Shown here: in pieces, positions 1-9,900 of the stretch | Position numbering within the stretch: the stretch's first letter is position 1 | How the letters are laid out: each line of letters begins with the position of its first letter | Assembly (NCBI GenBank): GCA_002422165.1 | Contig: DITQ01000007.1 | Location: 1 to 58,546 of the forward strand | DNA from: Candidatus Pacebacteria bacterium UBA6180 | GTDB lineage: Bacteria; Patescibacteriota; Microgenomatia; UBA1400; PJMF01 | DNA length: 58,546 nt | Direction: 5' to 3' | Translations under genes and position numbers: made by a program | Notes under the pieces: generated by a model | Databases searched by the model: none | The model's input: only the letters and a program-made list of their open reading frames with translations | What the model was told of the DNA's origin: nothing

Positions 1-905
1 CAGAGCCCCATGGTGTGTTGGTCGGTAGCTAGTTCTTGGTAATAGGTTTCGAGTCTTGGGTTTGAGTCGCTGCCCACGTCCTTGACTCTGTTAAAAATGC
101 CTTCTGCAAATTCGGCAGTTTCGTCGTGAATGATGGTGGGGTCGATGATGATTGGATATGCTCGATCAGGATCGGCTAGCCAGTCGGCATCAACCACCAG
201 GCGAATAGAGTATGAAGTTTCCTCATCATGCGATTTATTTAGCGCAGAAATTTTTGAACTATTTTTGTCTTCAATTTGTAATAAAACATCGTCAGTGCGA
301 TTGCCGGCAGCATCAATGGCAAATGGTTTTTCGAAGTGAAAAAGATAGTTGTTATTCCCATCATAAAAAACAGGAGAAACGAGTCCAGAGACAAACTCTC
401 TGGGGTAGGCGCCTTGAAAAATGCTATTAAAAGTAAAAACATTGTTTACGCGGCCATTTTTTTCTTGTCTTGGCTCATTTAAGATGATCTCTTCCTTGAG
501 GCCATTGGTTAGGGTTTCGTAGCGCAGGTCGACTCCTGGCTCTATTTGAGAAAAAATAATGCTATTGTTGCCTGAATTTTGAACACTGATTTGTTTATCT
601 TCATTGTCTGCAGGATAGGTAAAAACAATGTTTGCACCACTTGGTAAGCTAAAAACGACAATTGGCTTGCCCTCTCGTAAGCCCAGCTTACTAGTGAAAA
701 TTTTATTTTGAGCTTGGTATTGGTATGTTTCGTTTTTAATAGTTTTGAATCGAGGAGCTTGGGGGGGTAATCGATAAGCCCAGATTAGCAGGCCAGCAGT
801 GATTACTATAAGTGAAATTGCTAGTAAATATATGCGCCATGTAGCTGGGTTAATTTTTTTAACTTGAGTGAGCAGCTGGAGAGGTAGAGTGAGCTTTTTT
901 TTCAT
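1..905 (-). CDS. membrane-anchored hypothetical protein, C-terminal part cut off by window edge (absent from supplied ORF track)
   Basis: Hand translation of the minus strand from ATG 905-903 stays open down to position 3 (about 300 codons). It begins MKKKLTLPLQLLTQVKKINPATWRIYLLAISLIVITAGLLIWAYRLPP (signal-anchor helix). Later segments read FEKPFAIDAAGNRTDDV and DPTIIHDETAEFAEGIFNRV...YYQELATDQHTMGL. The ATG overlaps the TAA stop of the giant gene (TAATG). Confidence 0.6.
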   Translation of the reverse strand, partial: MKKKLTLPLQLLTQVKKINPATWRIYLLAISLIVITAGLLIWAYRLPPQAPRFKTIKNETYQYQAQNKIFTSKLGLREGKPIVVFSLPSGANIVFTYPADNEDKQISVQNSGNNSIIFSQIEPGVDLRYETLTNGLKEEIILNEPRQEKNGRVNNVFTFNSIFQGAYPREFVSGLVSPVFYDGNNNYLFHFEKPFAIDAAGNRTDDVLLQIEDKNSSKISALNKSHDEETSYSIRLVVDADWLADPDRAYPIIIDPTIIHDETAEFAEGIFNRVKDVGSDSNPRLETYYQELATDQHTMGL

Positions 906-3900
906 TAGTTGAGTTGAATGATCCACCAATTAAAAGTAACGTCTTGACCAAGTGGATAGTCAATGCCGACGGTAAAGATAGCATCATTTTCTGGAGTAAA
1001 AGGACTGTCAGCAATTTTGTTTTTGACGTAGAGAACCTGGTTGTTGGTGGAGTTAAGTGGTGTGACATAGATCATACTGTTTTCCTCTAATTTGGCGCTG
1101 GTGATAGTGATCTCGGTGCTGCCAGCTGGCAAAATGGCTTGACCAGCGCTTCTTTGAGCATTGACCAGCTCTCCAGAGTTAGTTGCTGTATTAACTTGTC
1201 CAAGGCGTAGGGAGCCAGTCAATGATAAATCTCCGCTGGCTGAAAAACTTGCCACAGGTTGTAAGCTTTCGTTTACAAAAGCGAAGCTGCTGTGTCTCAG
1301 ATCCTCACCATTTTCATCGAGCGTGACCAATTGTACCTGGATGTCTTCTCCTGGGCGATCGGCGCCAATTAGGTTAGTGAGCAGAGTACCTTGAGCGCGC
1401 AATTCCTCTGTCACTTCTAGAGCACCGGCTACCCGCAGGTCGCCATTTATGCTCACAAAACCCTGCGAATCAAGCTGCATTAGGCCAGCCAATAAAGATA
1501 GTTTGCCAAGACCAGCGGGCTGAATGGAGAAGGTGAAGTCGTTTTCTTCTGCTAGTTCTGGCTGGTAACTGATGAAATTGGCGCCGAAGATAGTTTGATC
1601 GCCAATCATCAGGTTTTGACCAAGCTTGAGTGAGCCAGCCATGTAAGCGCTGCCATTAACTTCGAAGTAATTTTGAATAAAAGCGCTGTCAGCGATCATA
1701 GTTAGGTCTTGGTTTAGAGTTCCGAGAGGGTCGAGGCTGGCCGCAGCAGTTGCCAGATTGACGTTGAGTTCTTGAGCCAGTTGAGTGAGATATTCATCAG
1801 TTTGTTGATTTTGGTTGCCAAAAAGAGAAGCGAGCAAGGTTGGCTGAGACAGAGTGCTTTCGATTTGACTAGTTAGTCGCTCTTGGAGACCGCTGATAAC
1901 ATTAGCGCTGATACTGTTGGCCTCGATGTTGTTGGCGTAGAGTGTGCCAGAGACGGTGGCATTTTCAAGCTCAGCAAGTTTGCTTTCGATAGAATTTATT
2001 CGAGCGGAATTGACATCTAATTCTTCAGCTTGAATTGCAGTAGCGTTGAGTTGGCCGGTAATAGTGGCGTCGGTGGCTGTTAACTGTCCAAGCTTGGTGC
2101 GCCCGTCCACTCGCAAGTCTTCTGCTACTAACAAATCACCGGTGATTTTGTTGTCGGCGTTGATAACTAATTCTTGATTATTTGTGTCAATCAAGTTGGT
2201 GGTAATTCGTTTGGCAATTAACCGCTCGCTGATGTTGACAGTTTCAGCCGCAAGCTCTTTGGTTTTGATAAAGCCAGCGGTAAGCCGGGCGACGAAAACA
2301 TCGGCAAAAGCAGCGACGCGATTACTAATGCCTGTCGGGGTGGCAACAGCGTAGCTGGTGGGGGAGCTACCTGTAAGTATTAATTCTCCTACATTGTTGA
2401 AAACAGCGCCCTGTTGGTTAACTAGGGCAGCAAGGGCAGAGATTTGCCCCTGTTGCTCTTGGATTCCGGCGGTCAGAAGAGCTTCAAAACCAGAGGGGTT
2501 ATACCACTTGTAGCCTTCTTCGTCAGTAGAAATCATGTGTGGCAGGACGCCTTCCACTTCTTGGGCAATAAAACCGTAGTTGAGCTTGTCAGAGCTAGAA
2601 CCAAATTTCTCGTGATGAAGATCGTTCCAGCGGAAGGAGATCGGGTTGAGAGCAAGAATTTTTTCTATAGAACTGCCACTTAAGTTTTCTTCGACATTTT
2701 TCAAGCGGTAGTCAGACGTATTAGTCCAGGCAGTGCCAGTTGAAAGTCCGGCGGTGCCAACAACACTAATGCGGTGAGTTCCTGGATTGGTGGTGCCAAA
2801 ACCAGTTCGCTGGTTGGCGTCAATGCGCATGGCCTCTAGGATTCCTCCACTGTTGGAGCGTGAATAAAATGCCAAATAACTATCGAGATTGCCACTTGTG
2901 GCATTTGATTTGCCTGCTTTTATGCCACCAAATCCAGCAGAAGCTCCACCAGAATTATAAACGCCACGCAGAGCAATGCCTGCCCCGCCATCAATGCTTA
3001 GGGCAGTGGTATCTTCCAAAGTGACTGTGCTAACACCACCCCCTATGGTGTTAACAAGATTAGAATAAACATGCAGTCTACTAGTACTTAGAGCTATGCC
3101 GCCAATTCCGACATTGCCATCGCCACCAATAGTCATCCTTGTAAGAGGGATGCTGCTTCCTGTAGGGACGGTGGCAAAATGCATCAGAGATCCACGCGCC
3201 GATCCAGTCCAGCTTTCTGTTGCTTGCATTTGAATGATTCCTGCATCGGCAAAAGAAGAACCATCATAGCCAGCAAAACTAAATCCACCCAAAAAGTCAT
3301 TGCTTTGTACGGCGCTGGGACTACTGAGTGTACCCCGTGCTTTTCTGACATAGCTTCTGGTTTGACCCGAATCATTACTGTATCTATCCAGATACATTCC
3401 CTGGTTGCTGCTTGAATCAGCGATTACATGCAGGGCCACATTTGGAGTGGTGGTGCCGATGCCGACATTGCCGTTTGCATCAATGCGCAGTCTTTCACTT
3501 CCTGAAGTCGAAAGGGCAAGTTGATTAATAGTTGGCCTAAACATACCGTTGTCTGGGTCGCTGGAGAAACTAAAAGCTGGAGCTGCCGCAGAACCATCAG
3601 CTGCAAGCATTAGCCTGCCAGAAGTAATGACGCTAGTGCCTCCTAACTGTAAATTGCCAGAAGTCAAATTAATTGAACCATTGATGGTAAGCTTTTGATC
3701 TGGAGTGGTGGTGCCAATTCCGACATTGCCAGTACTTTTGTCCAAATATAACTGATTGTCAAAAAATGCAATATCGCCATTAGAAGTTGAATCTGTGCCG
3801 AAGCTGAAAATATTGCTGGTCGTGTCATAGGAAATAATGCCTTCATCGGTTAGGGAAGTACCGATGTGAAGAGTGTCTCCGCCGAGGAAGAGGTCTTTCC

Positions 3901-6900
3901 AGCGTTTGGCATCGCTGCCCAAGTTTTGAGTATCGTTGACATTGGGCAACAAGTCGCCATTGGAGTTAATGGATAGCACGGTGGTTCCGTTATACGAAAA
4001 GTTAGCTAGAGTTCCATCGTGCGACAGTCCGAGATAGTTGGTACCACCACCATCATAAATGCGCAGGCTTTCGTAACCAGTAGCGTAGAGATAACTGCCG
4101 GCATCGGTCCAAGGGCTAGCCATAGAAGCTGTCGAGGCACCAGTCACATTTAGTTTGAGGTTTTGAGTTTCGCCACTAAAGTTGTACAGGCGGACGTTGT
4201 TGTCATCAGCTTGTTCGACGCGAAAGCCAGTTTCGCCAAGCCAGGTGATGCCGTATTGAGTGATATAAGTGTTGGTTTTGGTGCTGCCGCGAGCGAATTG
4301 AAAGCGGACCTTGAGTTGATTGCCTGCAGCCGGGAAAGTACAAGAGTATTCTCTCTCTGGTAGAGTGTAATTGGCGGTATCGGTGCCAACCAGAGTACAA
4401 GTGGTGTAATTGCTGCCGTTATCGACACTAGCTTGGACAGTGATGGAGTTGCTGCCATCACTGCCGTCGAGGAGTGGAGACATCCAGAGAACAGCGGAGC
4501 CAATGTTTTTGGGGAGAGTGTAAGTTTTACTGACGAAGTTGCCAGAGGTGGAGGTGGCATTGTCATCCAGACCCATAGTTTTGATTCCGCTAGCTGCGGA
4601 GCCAACGGCGTAGAGGGTTTCGCCGACAGCAAGGCTAGTTACATCTTCATCGAGAATAGAGGCTCCTCCAGAGGGTGTGTTGCCCGAAGCGATATATTTT
4701 TTGACGGCGGCGTCGCTGTTTAGCTGGATTTTGGTAAGACCTCCCAGGGTGGTGGAGTTGAGACCGACGTAGAGATATTGATTGTTGAGATCCGGAGTGA
4801 CAACTCCGACAGTGTTAGTGCCAGTACTGGCGTACTGCAGTTGCTGGTTGGTGTCTGCAGCACCGCTGGCCAAGCTTGTGCTGTGAGACTGGAGTGCACG
4901 ATAGCCCACTTGATACATATTTTTGATTTGAGCTGCCGTGAGCTCAGTGGCTGTAACCATCACCTCATCTATTTGTCCGTTAAAGTATTGAGTGCCTGAT
5001 GGGTAATATCCAATGTAAAATACATCGGTGTTATCCATACTTGAAGTGAAAGCAGTAGAATTCGCATTGTCTAGCACCCCGTCTATATAAAGACTTACTC
5101 CTGAGTTACGGTTGGCTACGCCGACAACATGGTGCCATTTCCCATCATTTACGCTAATATTGCTGTCAACTTGACTAGCAGTTGAGGCTCCATCTACATT
5201 GTAAAATCTCACTTTACCATTAGTTTGAACGTTGAGAAGATATGTGCCTGCCCCCCCCGCGTTGCCTTTTCGAATGATGCTTTGTATCGCAGCGCTATTT
5301 GATGTTTTGATCCAGGCGCTCAACGTGTAGTTTGATGTCCCCATATCCAGCTTGCTTGTTCCTCCGCACGCAGCATCAGTACAAGACATATATTCGCTGC
5401 TTCCATCAAAATCTGTTGCAGTTCCTCTAACTCCAGAAACTGAATCGCCGCCAGCTGTAATATTCGTGCCAGTTAGAACGTTGGCTTTGCTTGAGACGTC
5501 CTCAAAATCTGAGGCTGCGTTGCTGTTGTTTAGTGACCACATGCCGCGAACGTCACCAATCATCTCTTCGCTAATATAGTCTTTGGTGTAGTATTTGACT
5601 GATCCGCCTGATTCGACTGAACCATCGCCAATATTGGCACGACCTTGTTTTTCGTGTAGTGCGGTCACACCCGCAGTGGTGCCGATGTAGATAACGTTTG
5701 AATTTGGGTCGTTGGTTGATGCGAGTGGGGAAACAGATAGCGACTTGATCTCATTTGCCGCAATAGCTCCAGCAATTGACATGCCATTGGTGCTCCATCC
5801 ACCTGTTTCGTTTGAAAGCATATAAAAACCATTGCGATACTGAGCAATGGACGTCTCTGATCCAGGTATTCCATGAATGCCATAATAAACATCGAGAGTG
5901 GTGCGAGGTGCGGTGGCGTTATCTGAGGCGAGATACAAATCGCCACGTTCTGTTAGGGCAACCTTGGATGTGCGGTAGGCAGCAGCGATCTGAGATCCCA
6001 AGAAGACGTCTGCTTTGCTGCCATTTGTCTCATTAATTATGGTGGTTCCACCATCTGCGCTGGTGGCGCCGGTGGCCACCGCTACAAACTGTTTCGGGGA
6101 GACAGTGCCGGTGGCGGTCCAGGTGTAACAGTAAAATGTTGTGCTCCCTAGGTTTCCATCGGCAGCATCACTGGCTGAAATTCGTTGAGTAAAACTAGAA
6201 TTTTGAATGTTGCTTGCAATACCCGTCAATCTTTGGTTTGCATTTACACACTCTGATAAACTGCTTGGGGCAGTTGTTGTTTTTGAAGATGCTAAAGTTG
6301 TAGTTATTCTTGGCACATCATTGAATGTGTATGGTAATTTGACAGTTTCAGTAACAGTGGTTGCCGCTGCTCCTTGAATATATCCCCAGCCACTGACTGT
6401 TATTTCTTGTGTTGGCTGATTAGGGATTACAGCAGCGGCAACGTCGTTGACTTGATTTGATACAAGAGCAACAGTAGAGTTTATCGTTGTATAAGATCCG
6501 GTTGAGCTGTTTCTCCCAGAAATTGAATGTGAGTGGATGGCCTGTGATGATGCTTCAACGACAATGTTGCTATCAGTTGCGAAATTTGGTTTGACCAGTG
6601 AGCCGCTTGAAGCACCTGTCTGTCCAATATAAAGATTGCCATTGAGCATTTCTACTGATTGAGGATTTCTGCCAGTGGTTGCTCCCTGAAGATAGCCATT
6701 GGTAGTGCTGTCAAATCTCATCCACATCTTTTGGGTGTCGGCGTCAATAATGTCAACGTACCCAGCACCACCTGTGCCGCTAGCCACAACATAACTTCTC
6801 TCTGGAAATTGTTGTTTTGCTCCTCTTATTGCAGATTCTGGCTCGATATACCAAGAAGCAATTTTGAAGACGTCTCCCACGTTGTAATTAACTCCTCCAG

Positions 6901-9900
6901 TAAAAGTGACCGAGACACCAGTAGAGCCCAGGGTTTGAGTTAAGCCTGGAGTTATTGTTACTCCGGCAGCACTTTTGCCATTATAGTTAGTCCAATCAAA
7001 AGTGGTGGGGGATTTGATGGTTATATAAATTGTGCGGGGGGTAGAGTCAGTGCCAGTTGCCTTGATCAAGGAACCGTTATACTTGGTCGTCAAGTTGGGA
7101 TTTTTGTCAGCCAATGTTCCTGCTTGAGAATAGGTAGCGCTACCGGTAGCAACTGAGAGGGTGACGCCGTTATACCAATTGGGGTCGATGCCTAGTTCAA
7201 CTAGAACTTCTGGTGTGCTGTCTTGGCTTCGATCATAATAAAACGTGTCATTGACAGTATTGCTGCCGAGATAAGTTTGGCCATCATTATCAGTAGTAGA
7301 AGTGCTCATGGTTTGCCCACCCATAAGTCCAGCGCGCCCAGCTTGAATTCTTTGGTTGAGATTGATGTAATTGCTGCTGCCGTCGTCACCCAGGTCAAAA
7401 TTGTAACTAGAGGTGGTGTTGGAGCTGTCCATTTTGGTGCCATCTTCTAGTGTGTCAAAAACCATACCGGTGTGAAGCGTGTCAGTTGAGGTGTTTGTCT
7501 CTTGGGTTGGCACATAGCTGTTGAGACTGTTGTGGTATAGGCCTTTTTGAGTGTCTTTTCCTTCCCAAGCGATGGCCGGCTTGTAAGCAGCGTCGAGCAA
7601 TTTCCAGTTGCCTTGAGCATCAATCCAAGCGGAAGATAGCAAATTGCTGGTGTTGAGGCTATGGGTGACAGTGATGTAGTTACCATCAGCAATTGAGTTG
7701 GTGTTGCTGTAGAGAGTTCCTCCACAGTTGTACCAGACAGAACCGTTGTAGCATTGATGAGTGTCAGTAGTAGTATTGAAGATAATGGCTCCCTCTCCGA
7801 CAGCAGTTGGAGTCTCTGCGAAGCGTCCGACCTGCAGCTGGCCACCCATGGTGACATTGCCAGCAGCAGTAGCATTGGCTCCAATAATTGCGCTACCAGC
7901 GATGTTAAGCGCGGTTGAGACGGCTGCTGGGTCTAGAAAATAATTTTTGTTGGTAAAATCGTAGTATTTCTCAGCGTTGACAGAACCGTTGACAGTTAGT
8001 TTTTCATCTGGAGTGGTGGTGCCAATGCCCACGTTGCCACCATTATCAAGGACGAGTTGGTTGCTAATTCCATCGACGTTCACGACCAAGTCTCCATTGG
8101 AGTTCATCTGAAAATCAGTGTAAATGGAACCCTCAGTGTGAGTGAGGCGCAATTGGGGATTGCTGGCGTCAACGATTTCTAAGCGTCTGGCAGGAGTAAC
8201 AGTGCCGATCCCGACTGATCCTCCAAAAAAGCCATTATTTGCATTGATTAAGCTATTGCCAGCTAAAGAAATATTGCCAGAGGCGGCATCGAGAGTAATG
8301 TCGCCACTATCATTGGAGATAGTTGAAGTTGCCCCAGCAATTTGTAAACGACTGGTGGGATCAGCCAGGCCAATACCAACATTTCCACCACTAGTGATGA
8401 CGAATTGTGTTTGACCAGAGGCAGAAGCTGTGAAGATATCTCCCGAGCCGTTTTGTTCCAGAATGAGCGTGGCCAGGTTGGTGGCGCCAGAGAAGGAAGC
8501 GACAGCTTTGTCAGTATCGAGGCTTCTGACATCGAGAGTAGCTAGGGGGTTGGTGGTGCCGATGCCGATCTTGTTGCTTGAGCCATCTAAATACAGTAAA
8601 CCAGAACTAATATTCCAGGCGCTGCTGCCGAGGGTGGTAGTTAGGGTCGAACCAGAGAAACTAAAATTTACATCATTGTCAGTGCCGAAGTAGAGTGGTC
8701 CGCTGTCTGCTAGGTACAGACTAGAAATTTTGTTGCTTCCGCCAGAGCTAGGATTGCCTAGGGGGAGTCCTCCGAGTGGGTAAATATAGCTGCCTGCATC
8801 TACCCAGAGCGAGTCGCCACCCCCACCAGTGCCGATATCTTCCCAATCTCCGTCAGAATGTTTGAATTGCAGAGTGCCAGCGTTGTCACGCAATCCATAG
8901 CCGCTGGTGCCGATGGTTGAGCCCCAGTTTAGGTAGCTAGAAGCGGCTAGACCCAGATTTCCGCCGCTAAAGATAAAAGCATCATCGGTAGTGTAAGTGA
9001 TGGAGCCGGTGTCTCCATCAGAAGCATACATGCTAAGCACGGCATTGGCGGTGGTACCAGTGCCAATCCTAACGGCGTTGGCGCTGACATCGACGGAGAA
9101 GGGAGCGGTTAGAGAATTAGCACCAACAGCAAAATCATCACTGGTAGAAGTCAAGTGGGTGATAGTGCCAGCATCAGTCCAGAGACCTAGAGTGCCGCCG
9201 ACTATGTTGCTGAGCGCATCGTCTAGATCAAACAGCACTCCTTGGACATTAGTGGAGTTAGAGTAAGTAAATTGATCATTGGCGCCAATCAGGTAGGCTC
9301 CACTGTCAGTCGGCGAACTAATTTCTCCTAAGGCTGTGGTGCCATTGAAGATGAGTGTGTTGGGGCTAGTGATGTAGGTATTGCCGATCAAAGTTGTTGC
9401 GCCAGAGACACTAGCATCACCTTGTATGTCAACTATTCCACTCCCATCTGGAGCCAAGATGATGTCGCCATCAGAACCAGAGCTGGTTTGAATAATGATC
9501 TGATTGGCTTCAATCGTTAATCCAGAACTAGACGTTGTTGCTTTGATGACAGGGTTGTCAGTGCCCAAAACTACTTCGCCACTGCTGTTCATCATTAGGA
9601 TGGTGCTGTGAGTGGCGATTTCAGCTGGAGGGAGACCTTGGAGCGTTTCAGAGTTGAGAGCGTAGGCGACGGTGCGAATCGGCTGGCGAGGGGCCAGAAT
9701 CTCCGAGAGGACTTCGACCTCCAGCCAAACATTACTGTTTTCGGTGAAAACACTGTCGTTTATTGGCGCGCCACAGTCGTCTCCATCATTGCCGTCGCCA
9801 ACGCCAGCTCCCAAGTTGGTGTTAAAAATCCCATCCTGATCAGGGTCTATGCTACAAGTGTTGGATGACCAGAGCAGGGTTCCTCCAGTATCGGCATCAT

